Source: an archaeon (GTDB lineage Archaea > Micrarchaeota > Micrarchaeia > Norongarragalinales > UBA97). Taken from it: 64,000 nucleotides of DNA. Location of the stretch: the NCBI GenBank assembly GCA_020057405.1, contig JAGVFW010000011.1:13111-77110 (forward strand), read 5' to 3'. The notes under the pieces were generated by a model. That model was not told the DNA's origin, searched no databases, and worked only from the letters and a program-made list of their open reading frames with translations. Both the position numbers and the translations under genes were made by a program. Of this stretch, positions 19,031 to 27,722 are shown piece by piece (position 1 is the first letter of the stretch; each line of letters opens with the position of its first letter).

Positions 19031-20584
19031 CTACCCCTCTAGCTTCCTTACGATACCCTTGACCGCGTCAACCTCGACCAAGTCACCGTCCTTGAGCACT
19101 TTCGTCGCAATTTTCGTGCCAATGACGCAAGGCACGCCAAGCTCGCGGCTCACTATCGCCGCGTGCGAAGTGACTCCACCCTGCTCGGTGACGATTGCGC
19201 CTGCCTTCTTCATCGCAGGAACGACGTCAGGATTCGTTGCAATTGCGACTAGGATGTCTCCCTGCTGCATCTTCGGCAGGTCGGCTGGTGACAAGACGAT
19301 TTTCACTCTGCCGGTTGCCTTCCCTAGGCAGGCGCACTGGCCGTGAAGCTCGCTGATGTTACCGTCAACCTGGACAACTGCGGTTGAGGCAAGAAGCGCC
19401 GCGTCGTCGCCAGTGACTAGCATGTCACGGCCTTTCTCCGAGTAGAGGACAAACTCGCTGCGCGAGCTTAGTTTCTCCAAGTCGAAGCTGCCTGTAAGCA
19501 GCGCCTCGTACTCTTTCGGCAGCATCGTTCGGGCTTGGTCTAGCGTGATGCCCTTGCGCTTGGCGATTTCCTTGAAAACCGCACGCAGGCGGTAGACTGC
19601 ACGCAATTGCCGGTAGCGGCGGTAGAGTTTCGTGAGCATGAACTGGCCGAAAACGTGGAAGAGCCGCTTGAACTTGCCGTCCATTCCAATTTTTGCCTCG
19701 AGGTCTGCCTTCTCAAGCGCCTTGACTTTCAGGTCGTTCTCGATGCCCTCAAGCTCCTCAGAGGGCGACTTGCCGGACTTGAGGTAGTCGGAGAGCTCGC
19801 CAATGTAGTGCCTAACTGGTGCCTTTTCGCCTACCCAGAGGGCCGAGATTGGCGAATACTCGCCGTAGTAGGCAAGCAACATGTCCCCGGCCTTGCCGCG
19901 CATCTCCGCCTCGATCACGTCGGCCGGCTGGTGAAGGAACAACTGCTTGTGGAAAGCGTTGTTCTCGATCTCAATTGCAATTGAGAGGAACCGCTCGTGC
20001 TGTTCCGCTTCCTCGCTGCGGTCGGAGGGGGTGGTCAATGCAACGAAAAGCGTGTTGACCTCGTCCTCGCCATTTGCTTTTGTGCGCAGGTAGCGCTTGA
20101 GAAGTTCAGTAAACTCAGGGTAGAACATGTCGGTCGCGTTTGGCAGCCAGCCCCACTCGTAGAGCGAGGAATGCACTTCCAAGTGGTCCTTGAGAAGGAG
20201 CCACAGCTGGGCGTCGGAGAGCGGCTTGAGGTCGGCAGGAATTTTCTTGCCGCTTGCCTCAAGGGCATCCGAGTGCCGCACGATCTCGGAGTTTATTTTC
20301 TCGCCGTAGCCGGGGTCGGCGTCCATCTTGTTGACTAAGTTTAGCGTGAAGTCAAGGCAGCTTTGCTTGCCGTAGTAGAAGCTCATGTCACGGCCCTTGA
20401 AGTGGCCGAGGATTTTGCTGTAGTTTCTCCCGCAGCTGTCCTCCATGTTGTTGACAAAAGCGCGGAGCCAGATTTGGCAGAAGAAAAAGTCAATGTTGGG
20501 AATGTCTTCAGCAACCATCCACTCGTCGCCGTCAGCCAAGCACTTGAGCCCGTTCTCTTTCGAGAGTTGTTCGATTCGTTCCAT
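19031..20584 (-). CDS. PEP-utilising enzyme mobile (His-swivel) domain protein with ~400-aa unassigned N-terminal domain
   Basis: C-terminal GGVTSHAAIVSRELGVPCVIGT is the phospho-His swivel signature; N-terminal region has no motif I recognise. Confidence 0.7.
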   Translation of the reverse strand: MERIEQLSKENGLKCLADGDEWMVAEDIPNIDFFFCQIWLRAFVNNMEDSCGRNYSKILGHFKGRDMSFYYGKQSCLDFTLNLVNKMDADPGYGEKINSEIVRHSDALEASGKKIPADLKPLSDAQLWLLLKDHLEVHSSLYEWGWLPNATDMFYPEFTELLKRYLRTKANGEDEVNTLFVALTTPSDRSEEAEQHERFLSIAIEIENNAFHKQLFLHQPADVIEAEMRGKAGDMLLAYYGEYSPISALWVGEKAPVRHYIGELSDYLKSGKSPSEELEGIENDLKVKALEKADLEAKIGMDGKFKRLFHVFGQFMLTKLYRRYRQLRAVYRLRAVFKEIAKRKGITLDQARTMLPKEYEALLTGSFDLEKLSSRSEFVLYSEKGRDMLVTGDDAALLASTAVVQVDGNISELHGQCACLGKATGRVKIVLSPADLPKMQQGDILVAIATNPDVVPAMKKAGAIVTEQGGVTSHAAIVSRELGVPCVIGTKIATKVLKDGDLVEVDAVKGIVRKLEG

Positions 20585-20658
20585 GGTAGTGTGTATGGCC
20601 GGAACTTTCGAAGTAGGTTTAGCCAGCGCACGCTGGTAGGTATAAAAAGCGGGGGTAA

Positions 20659-21399
20659 TCAGCGGACGTTTTGCAGCAAATCGGCAAGGAAGGGCATGAA
20701 CTTGGCTTGGGCTTTTCGCAAGTGCTCGCTCGCCGTCGCCACGCTGATGCCGAGTGATGCGGCAATCTCGTCTACTGAAATTCTTTTGGGAGTGTCGAAG
20801 TAGCCTTTGCGGACTGCGTATGAAATGACTTCCATCTGCTTTGGCGAAAGAGCTGCTGCGACTGACTTGAACGCAAGCATTTCTTGGAGGCCGAGGTAGG
20901 CCGTCGGCTTTGCCTTGCGCGGGTCAAGCACCCTCTTTCTAAGCAGCTTGACCTCGAAATTGTCCTTTAGAAGCGAATAGAGCTCTCGCAACTGCTTCTC
21001 GTCCTGCACGTAAATCGCCGACGAGTCAACGCCGCCTTTCGTAAGCGAGGGCTCAAGTGGCACCGCGCCAGTCTTGCCGATGGTTTCAATCAAGAGAGAC
21101 TCCGGCTTGCTTCGAAGATAGACGAGTGCGCGGTCTCCGTGGCGCTCGACGAGGCGGATGTCTTTGACGTGCTTGTGCGCCTTGAGCGCGTTAATCAACT
21201 TCGAAACGTCTTCTTCCGCCTCGACCTCGTAGAGGCCCGAAGCGATGCCGTTTCCGTAGGCAAGCGGCGAAATCAAGCTCACGCGAGCGCCGTGAACGCG
21301 ATTCACGCAGTCGATGCAAAAGCAAGTGTGAACCCACTGGAGCTCGACGAGCATGGGCCGCTCGTGCTTGACCGGCTCGATTTTCAAAACCTTGGACAT
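20659..21399 (-). CDS. HTH_10 (Bat-type) transcriptional regulator
   Basis: C-terminal TPKRISVDEIAASLGISVATASEHLRKAQAKF helix-turn-helix. Confidence 0.65.
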   Translation of the reverse strand: MSKVLKIEPVKHERPMLVELQWVHTCFCIDCVNRVHGARVSLISPLAYGNGIASGLYEVEAEEDVSKLINALKAHKHVKDIRLVERHGDRALVYLRSKPESLLIETIGKTGAVPLEPSLTKGGVDSSAIYVQDEKQLRELYSLLKDNFEVKLLRKRVLDPRKAKPTAYLGLQEMLAFKSVAAALSPKQMEVISYAVRKGYFDTPKRISVDEIAASLGISVATASEHLRKAQAKFMPFLADLLQNVR

Positions 21400-21515
21400 A
21401 GAAAACTAGTGGGAAAGGCGGAATAAAAAACGCGCTTTTGGTGCAGCTTTTGAGGAGCGAGAAGCGAGCCGCCCAACGGAGGGCGGGAGCCTCGCAGCGA
21501 CGAAAAAAGGTGCAG

Positions 21516-21620
21516 TGGGCCCAGCCGGAATCGGACCGGCGATCTTTCGCACGTCAAGCGAACGTCCTTGGCCAACAGTATACCAAAGTATGCTGTCGTT
21601 TACCATTCGACTATGGGCCC
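21516..21620 (-). tRNA. tRNA-Val(GAC) with a ~31-nt intron at the non-canonical 25/26 position
   Basis: Perfect 7-bp acceptor GGGCCCA/TGGGCCC, D-arm GTCG-AATGGTAAA-CGAC, then a 31-nt insert (hairpin CAGCATAC-TTTG-GTATACTG), then G26, anticodon arm TTCGC-TTGACGT-GCGAA, variable loop AGATC, T-arm GCCGG-TCCGATT-CCGGC, discriminator A; 74 nt without the insert. Confidence 0.5.
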
Positions 21621-21653
21621 AAATGGATGATACTATAATGTTGCGAATGGTTT

Positions 21654-22325
21654 TTATTTCGCTAATATTGACATCCGACCTGACTCTACCCAAGCCTCGT
21701 AGCGTGAAATGTTGCGCGGATTGCTGCTTCCAACGAAGGAAAACCAGTTTTTGGTGTTCGCAATGCCGTTGACGCCGACAATGTGACCTGATTCGTAGGC
21801 CGAAAAACCCGCTTCGCGCAAGATTGCCTTAATTTGGAGTCGAAGAGGCTCGCTGGAACTGCTGATTATCGCAAACGGCCGACGATAGCCCTCTGACTTT
21901 CTAGCGGCAAAGCACCCATCAGTGTCAAAAATTCCCCTAACGACACGCAGCTTCTTTACAAGCTGCAGAGCTACAATCCAGTCAGGCAGACGGATTTGGC
22001 CCTTCTTGCCTATTGGAAAGCCTACTTTCACGAGAATCAAGGCGAATTCCTTGTTGTTTATGACAAGGTCAACGGTATTGACGTTCTTGACATTAGTAGG
22101 TTTGCGCAAGTGAAGGTACGAATTGACGCCCAACTCAGTCAACAAAGGCTGCAAATAATTTTTAAAATATTGAAGGTCAGTCGTTGCGTTTCCGGTGATG
22201 AAGATGCGGTAGGCAACTAAACCGCCCGCGTCCTTTCTCTTAAAACGAACTAAGCAGCCGTCGCCAACAAGAGCGCCAAATAGCTCTAGAAAAGAATGAG
22301 ACTCAAGGTCAAAAAGCGGCTTCAT
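21654..22325 (-). CDS. free-standing LAGLIDADG homing endonuclease (double-motif)
   Basis: Two dodecapeptide motifs, LELFGALVGDGCL and VVRGIFDTDGCF, ~100 aa apart; own start and stop; not embedded in a host ORF. Confidence 0.75.
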   Translation of the reverse strand: MKPLFDLESHSFLELFGALVGDGCLVRFKRKDAGGLVAYRIFITGNATTDLQYFKNYLQPLLTELGVNSYLHLRKPTNVKNVNTVDLVINNKEFALILVKVGFPIGKKGQIRLPDWIVALQLVKKLRVVRGIFDTDGCFAARKSEGYRRPFAIISSSSEPLRLQIKAILREAGFSAYESGHIVGVNGIANTKNWFSFVGSSNPRNISRYEAWVESGRMSILAK

Positions 22326-22380
22326 GCTAGAATTAGGACTTCAGCAAAGCAATTGCTTCCGGGAGGGTGGCTTGCCGGGC

Positions 22381-22818
22381 TTACTTAAGCTCTTTTCTGA
22401 TGAGGCTCGCGGTGGCGAAGAGGTCTTTTTCGGCCGGTTCGGTGCGCAAACCCATTTCCTTGACGGCCACCTGCGTGAAAACGTCGTCGCCGTCGCGGCG
22501 GGGAAGCAAGTGCACGTGAACGTGCCTCTTGACGTACTTGCCTTCGGGCAGGTAAGGGCGGAAGTGCTGGCGCATGTCGACCCCGTCGCCCAAGCCCGCG
22601 GCGAGTATCGCCTTCTCGACGCGCGCGACGACTTTAAAGAGGTCAAGTAGCTCGGCGTCGGGAACTTCCATAAGCGACTCGTGGTGCGTCCTCGTCGTTA
22701 CGAGGCAGTGGCCCTCTGCAATGGGATGCTTGTCCATAAACGCGATCGAGTGGGCAGTTTGCGCAATCACGCCCTCGTGAGGGTTGTCGCGGATGTGGCA
22801 GAAGTCGCAGTTGTGCAT
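22381..22818 (-). CDS. HIT-family hydrolase
   Basis: Histidine triad HVHVHLLPR; N-terminal C.FCHI; start chosen at the internal Met. Confidence 0.8.
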   Translation of the reverse strand: MHNCDFCHIRDNPHEGVIAQTAHSIAFMDKHPIAEGHCLVTTRTHHESLMEVPDAELLDLFKVVARVEKAILAAGLGDGVDMRQHFRPYLPEGKYVKRHVHVHLLPRRDGDDVFTQVAVKEMGLRTEPAEKDLFATASLIRKELK

Positions 22819-22875
22819 CAAACAATTTGAGCACACAGGCAGATATAAATTAGAAATGTGCACTAGAAAGAACCG

Positions 22876-23187
22876 ATGCACCCTCTTTACGAGAAGCTCG
22901 TTGAAAAACTAAGGCAGTTTCCTGCAAAAGTAAGCAGTTTCAGTACGCCCAATCACCATTCGCTCGAAGTGGTATTTCACGTGGGGGACATGCGCGAAGA
23001 AGAAACATACGCTGCTGAGAGCAGTATTAGGGACGCTTTTGAGTTTGCCCACGGAATCATGAGCAAGGGACATCTTGAAGTGCAGGTCCGCCCATCAAAA
23101 GGGCTCTTTGAGCTAAGTGCCATCGGGCACAGCAACAAGGGAGTTGAACTCGTTAGGTTCCTGCACGATAGGCTGAAGGAAAGATAA
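22876..23187 (+). CDS. hypothetical protein (103 aa)
   Basis: ORF with coding composition; no motif. Confidence 0.35.
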   Translation: MHPLYEKLVEKLRQFPAKVSSFSTPNHHSLEVVFHVGDMREEETYAAESSIRDAFEFAHGIMSKGHLEVQVRPSKGLFELSAIGHSNKGVELVRFLHDRLKER

Positions 23188-23189
23188 GG

Positions 23190-23261
23190 TGGACTGGACG
23201 GGAATCGAACCCGCAACCTCATGCATGCCATGCATGCGATCTACCGTTGATCTACCAGCCC
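23190..23261 (-). tRNA. tRNA-Ala(GGC)
   Basis: Cloverleaf: acceptor GGGCTGG/CCAGTCC with the G3:U70 Ala identity pair, D-arm GATC-AACGGTA-GATC, anticodon arm CATGC-ATGGCAT-GCATG, T-arm GCGGG-TTCGATT-CCCGT, discriminator A, genomic CC follows; TTTAAA box ~30 nt upstream. Confidence 0.85.
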
Positions 23262-23304
23262 GGCAAATAGGGTATGTGTGAAAAAGCCTTTAAAGCGGCA
23301 GGCT

Positions 23305-23538
23305 TTAGGCGGGTGACACGAAGACAACCGTGTCGCCGCGCAGGAGAACGGTGCCGAGCTTTCGCTTCAACTCGCCGTTTTTCAGCTCCTCGCCGTTGTC
23401 GATGACGAGGTTCATGTGGACGTCGAAGCTGGCGAGCGTGCCGCGGATTTCGACGTCGCCCTTAAGCTTTACTAGAACGTTATTGTTTAGTGCCGCGTTC
23501 AAAACATCGAACGGCCTTTTTTCAGCCAAAAAAACCAC
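23305..23538 (-). CDS. Sm-like (LSm) archaeal protein
   Basis: Sm1/Sm2 motifs [26 protein letters not shown] and [15 protein letters not shown]. Confidence 0.85.
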   Translation of the reverse strand: MVFLAEKRPFDVLNAALNNNVLVKLKGDVEIRGTLASFDVHMNLVIDNGEELKNGELKRKLGTVLLRGDTVVFVSPA

Positions 23539-23553
23539 CTACCCTAAATATTC

Positions 23554-24330
23554 TCAGACGCGAAAGATTCGCGTTATCTGCTCTACTAATTCTGCCAGCC
23601 AGTCCTTTTTAACCTTGCTTTCGTCGACCGGCTCGCCAGTTAGCTCTCCCGCAAGCACGCGCATCCTCTGGGAAAAAGTAGTATTCGGGAATTTGAGGAA
23701 AACCGGTTCCTGCGTGGCGCTGGCCCGGCGAACGTTGGCGTCAATTGGCGACTGCGCCAAAAGCTTGGCCTCAAGCACCGTGCCCATGTCCTTGGCGCTT
23801 ACTTCAGCCGCGTCGGCGTAGTACATGTTGTAGACAAAACCAGCCACGCGCACGCCGTTCTTCTCGGCAAACGAGCGGACTTTAAGCGCGTCAGCCAATG
23901 ACGAGGGCTCGGGCGTGACGACGACAAGCAGTTCTTTTGCGGCCTTGATGCCGGCTTGCGCGTCAGGCGCCAGGCCTGATGGGCAGTCGATGATGACGAA
24001 ATCAAAACTCTTCAGTTCCCCAACCGCGGCGCGCAGGCGGCCGTAATCAATTCGCCTGATGCGCTCGGTGCTAAGCCCGGCAGGCACGTAGTTTAAGCCC
24101 GCGGGCCCGTCGTAGACGGCGTCGCGCATGGACGCCTCGCCAGTAAGCACGTTGTGGAGGCTGATTGGCGCGCGGTCAACGCCAAGGAGGATGCCGAGGT
24201 TCGCCATGCCAACGTCTGCGTCGACAACGCAGACTTTAAGGCCCTTCTCGGCAAGCGCAAGCCCGAGATTTAGCGAGACGCTGGTCTTGCCTACGCCGCC
24301 CTTGCCGCTTGCAACCGCTATTGAACGCAT
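23554..24330 (-). CDS. minD: MinD/ParA-family ATPase
   Basis: Deviant Walker A GKGGVGKTS at the N-terminus, DADVGMANL, ParA/MinD length. Confidence 0.85.
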   Translation of the reverse strand: MRSIAVASGKGGVGKTSVSLNLGLALAEKGLKVCVVDADVGMANLGILLGVDRAPISLHNVLTGEASMRDAVYDGPAGLNYVPAGLSTERIRRIDYGRLRAAVGELKSFDFVIIDCPSGLAPDAQAGIKAAKELLVVVTPEPSSLADALKVRSFAEKNGVRVAGFVYNMYYADAAEVSAKDMGTVLEAKLLAQSPIDANVRRASATQEPVFLKFPNTTFSQRMRVLAGELTGEPVDESKVKKDWLAELVEQITRIFRV

Positions 24331-24333
24331 TTT

Positions 24334-24888
24334 TCATTCACCGTCGTCGCCGGCGAGGCGCTCAAGCAAGTCGTCCACGGCAGGCAGGCCGTCATCGCCG
24401 GCCGAAGGCTGCGCTACTGCGCCGGAGACCTTGTATTTCTTTAGAAGCTCGTCGCGCGTTGGCGATAGGGATTGGAACTTGAATTCCTCCTCGAAGAGCG
24501 GGTCGAACTCGATTTTGCGCGGCCTTAACTCCGCCGCGGAGGGAATGTATATTGCCGCCTCGTTAAAGGCAATCGCCAGCTGCACCTGCTCGTTGGTCAG
24601 CTCGACGACGTCGATGACGCCCTTAATCGCCGTCGAGGCATTGAGTACGCGCTTGAACGCGTCGCCGCCGACGGCCATCTTGCGAAAAGCGTAGTACTCG
24701 TAGAAGCTCGCGACGGGCTTTCCGTCGTCAAAAACTTGCGTGCCTTCTTCGATGCCGTACTTTCCTTGCGTTGCGATTGCCGCGTAGCCTGAAAACTTGC
24801 GGTCTGAAAGCTCGCGGAGGAGAGCGAAAAAGTCTATAACGGCGACGTCAAGCCCCGTCTTTAGGGCATTGCCTGAGGGCAGGTTCAT
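24334..24888 (-). CDS. hypothetical protein (184 aa), acidic C-terminus
   Basis: ORF immediately downstream of minD on the same strand, 3-nt gap. Confidence 0.4.
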   Translation of the reverse strand: MNLPSGNALKTGLDVAVIDFFALLRELSDRKFSGYAAIATQGKYGIEEGTQVFDDGKPVASFYEYYAFRKMAVGGDAFKRVLNASTAIKGVIDVVELTNEQVQLAIAFNEAAIYIPSAAELRPRKIEFDPLFEEEFKFQSLSPTRDELLKKYKVSGAVAQPSAGDDGLPAVDDLLERLAGDDGE

Positions 24889-24935
24889 CGAGTAGACTAA
24901 TTCAACGGATGGTTAAAAACCTAAGCACTTCCGCG

Positions 24936-26408
24936 TCAACCGCGCAAGTGGGGGTGGAGAATCTCTGCAACTCGCATTGAAGCCTGTATTCTTGAAGCGT
25001 CCTTGCCATTTGCTTTGGCCAGACGGGCCTTGACGCCGGACAGAAGCGATTGCGCGTTGTTTAGTTTTGACGCCCACGTGCTCCAAGCAGGAGTGCCGGG
25101 CCGCGCGTGGCTGGGGTGCTCGAGCGAGTAGGCGTACACTGCAGTTGAAAGAGCGCGCTTGATGTCAGACACCTTGAAATCATGTTTCAGAAATTCGAGC
25201 TCACGCAGTATATCGTCGTGGCCGGGATGGTGGCCCAGGCCTTCTTTTTTAAGAGTTTCTGTTAGCGTGGCGCCGTTTCCATTGGCTTCGGCCGCGGATT
25301 TTGCTTTGGCTGCGGAAGCCTCAAAAAGCGAAAGGACGTTTGCAATCGGTTTCTTAGCAGCCCGTTCGGCAATCTCAGCGTGCGTCGTCACTTTGGCCTT
25401 CACGAGCTTGCAGGCGCGCAGGAAAGTGGACAAATCCAGCCGGGAATAGTGCGCGAGGTCCGAAGGCGAACTGCCGGCCTCCTTGATGTTCTCGATTGCG
25501 GAAACGATTTTCCCAAGGTTGCTTACGCCGAGGGTGGCGTGGACTTCGATAACGTCGTTGATGGAATGCCCTCCGTCAAAAACGTCGCTTAATTCAGAGA
25601 ACCGGCTGTTTCGGGCAACGCCTAGAGGCAGTACGCGCCAAGCGGCCATCTTGTGCATCAGCAACACCAGCGACCTTGCGGTCGTGGAACCGCCGGCACT
25701 CCTGATTAAAGCCTCGGCCCCGGCTTCGGGCGAGCGGTCGCCAGGCGGCAGGCTAAGAAAGACACCAAGGGCATCCTCAAAACCCAGTTTCTCCGACACT
25801 TGACTGATTTTATCATAATCGATGTCCCTAGCGTGCTTTAGGATGTGATCGTATTCGGATAGCACTTCAAGACCCGCGGTGTCGAAAAACCTTGCGATAA
25901 AATGCTGCGAGCGCGGGTCGATTCCCTCACCAATCGCTTCCTTGAGCTTGTTTGGAGGCACGCTGCGGTCCAAAAGCCAGTCTATCGAATCGACTGAATT
26001 GCTTGTTTTCTTGTCTTTAGAGCCTGCCCAAATTCTGGCCGAGGCTTCTGGCGCCTCAATGATGCTTTTCAGGAGCTGCCTTAGCTGTGCCGGTTCTGAA
26101 AACACGCCCTCAGCCGTAGTCGGCAGGGGATTCTTAACGCCGCCAGTGCCTTTGATTCTGATCATCCCTTGTTCTGCAACAATTTCGGATAACTCGTCAA
26201 AAGGCGCCATCAGGTATGCCTGTCCCTGGGCACTGGACAAGTGATTATAGAAGTACGGCAGCGAAGACTCGAGAATCTCCCGCGAGAGGTCCTGCGGGTC
26301 GCGCTTAAGGTGTGTAGAGAGGACTGAAACCAGTGGAGTTCGCGAAAAGCTGGCGGCGTGCTCGTCTGCAATCCGCTTGAACCTATCCTCAAGTTCACCC
26401 TTGCGCAT
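24936..26408 (-). CDS. hypothetical protein (490 aa)
   Basis: Long ORF co-oriented with the minD block; no recognisable motif. Confidence 0.45.
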   Translation of the reverse strand: MRKGELEDRFKRIADEHAASFSRTPLVSVLSTHLKRDPQDLSREILESSLPYFYNHLSSAQGQAYLMAPFDELSEIVAEQGMIRIKGTGGVKNPLPTTAEGVFSEPAQLRQLLKSIIEAPEASARIWAGSKDKKTSNSVDSIDWLLDRSVPPNKLKEAIGEGIDPRSQHFIARFFDTAGLEVLSEYDHILKHARDIDYDKISQVSEKLGFEDALGVFLSLPPGDRSPEAGAEALIRSAGGSTTARSLVLLMHKMAAWRVLPLGVARNSRFSELSDVFDGGHSINDVIEVHATLGVSNLGKIVSAIENIKEAGSSPSDLAHYSRLDLSTFLRACKLVKAKVTTHAEIAERAAKKPIANVLSLFEASAAKAKSAAEANGNGATLTETLKKEGLGHHPGHDDILRELEFLKHDFKVSDIKRALSTAVYAYSLEHPSHARPGTPAWSTWASKLNNAQSLLSGVKARLAKANGKDASRIQASMRVAEILHPHLRG

Positions 26409-26412
26409 GAGT

Positions 26413-26883
26413 TCACTCTTTGAGGTTGATGACTATGTCGGCCGCGTTTCGTAAGGCGCTGGAGAAGTCGGGCTCGCAGCCGGCTACGATGGTTTCCTTG
26501 CCGTGCGCCTTTGCCTTCATCACGACGGGCTTAAAATCGCTGTCGCGGCTGACTATGGCGATGACGTCGATGTTGTCATTGAAGCTCGCCTCAACCGCCT
26601 CGACCGCGAGGGCCACGTCAACGTCTGACGGGACGACGACAGGATCGAAGCCCTGATTGGTGACTGCCTCGATGAGCTTGTCTGAAGCGTACTGGTCTAG
26701 GAAAACCTTGGCGACCTTCATCTTGCCGTGCTTGGCGAGCGTCTTTCGCACCTTTTCGAGGTCGATGCCGAGCTCTTTTCTAATGATGTTGGGGCCGTCG
26801 ACAAAGCACGCGATGTTCTTCTCGCCCTTCTTCTTCGCCATCAGGGCCTTAAGGCCTTCAAGCATGTTTGGAACGTTAGCCAT
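26413..26883 (-). CDS. NYN/LabA-like (DUF88) domain protein
   Basis: IACFVDGPN ... SRDSDF pattern of NYN domains; start chosen where the TatD stop (TAA) overlaps ATG as TAATG. Confidence 0.6.
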   Translation of the reverse strand: MANVPNMLEGLKALMAKKKGEKNIACFVDGPNIIRKELGIDLEKVRKTLAKHGKMKVAKVFLDQYASDKLIEAVTNQGFDPVVVPSDVDVALAVEAVEASFNDNIDVIAIVSRDSDFKPVVMKAKAHGKETIVAGCEPDFSSALRNAADIVINLKE

Positions 26884-27626
26884 TATTTCCACCCGAAAAA
26901 CTTTTGCGCGTTTGCACAAAGAGCCTCGGCGACAACCGCCAAGTCCTCATTGCGGCCAGACGCGACGACTTCGTAGGCGGCCACGACGTCTTTCGGTTCG
27001 CTTACGATGCCCGGCCCAAGCCCAAAGGGCGAGTCGGTCTCGCAAGCAAGTGACGCCAGCGGCAGCTTACGAGCAATCTTTAGCCGAGAGTCGCTTTTAA
27101 TGGTTGGCAGCGAAACCAGCCTGCCCGCCGGCGCGGCGGCCTTCTCGGCAAGCTTCTCAAGGAGGAAAAAGTGCATCATCGCCGGAACTGAAGGAAATTC
27201 GGCGAGAATCTCAAGCACCCGCTCTTCAGCCTTCCGAGAGTGGACGACGACGGGCAATGCCAGTTCCTCGGCAAGCGCGAGCTGGCTGCGAAACGCCTCC
27301 TCCTGGGCAGGAAGTTCTGCCTGCCCGAAGTGGTGGGCGTCGAGGCCAATCTCGCCGATGCCGACTATGGAGTCGCGGTTGGCGCGGATGAAAGAGAGTT
27401 GCTCTTGCAGGTCGCACTTGGGAACGTCGTAGGGCGAGACGCCCAAGACGACTTCAACGGTTTTCGGAAAGCGCTTGTGAATCGAGAGCTGGGCGAGGTT
27501 TGCCGCGGGGCCGGAACCGGCTGAAACGGCTTTAGTCACGCCGGCCCCAATGGCTCGGCTGACGATGGCATCGAGGTTGCCGTAAAGCAGCTCGTGCTCA
27601 AGATGGCAGTGGAAGTCTACAAACAC
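26883..27626 (-). CDS. tatD: TatD-family metal-dependent hydrolase/DNase
   Basis: N-terminal FVDFHCHLE, internal HSR and C-terminal TDSP motifs. Confidence 0.85.
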   Translation of the reverse strand: MFVDFHCHLEHELLYGNLDAIVSRAIGAGVTKAVSAGSGPAANLAQLSIHKRFPKTVEVVLGVSPYDVPKCDLQEQLSFIRANRDSIVGIGEIGLDAHHFGQAELPAQEEAFRSQLALAEELALPVVVHSRKAEERVLEILAEFPSVPAMMHFFLLEKLAEKAAAPAGRLVSLPTIKSDSRLKIARKLPLASLACETDSPFGLGPGIVSEPKDVVAAYEVVASGRNEDLAVVAEALCANAQKFFGWK

Positions 27627-27722
27627 GTCTTTTCACCAACACTCTTTAAAAGCTTGTGTGGCCACAAAGTAATAAAACTCGTTTCTATGGTGGTAGCAGT
27701 GTCTGGAAAAATTTTCTCTACT

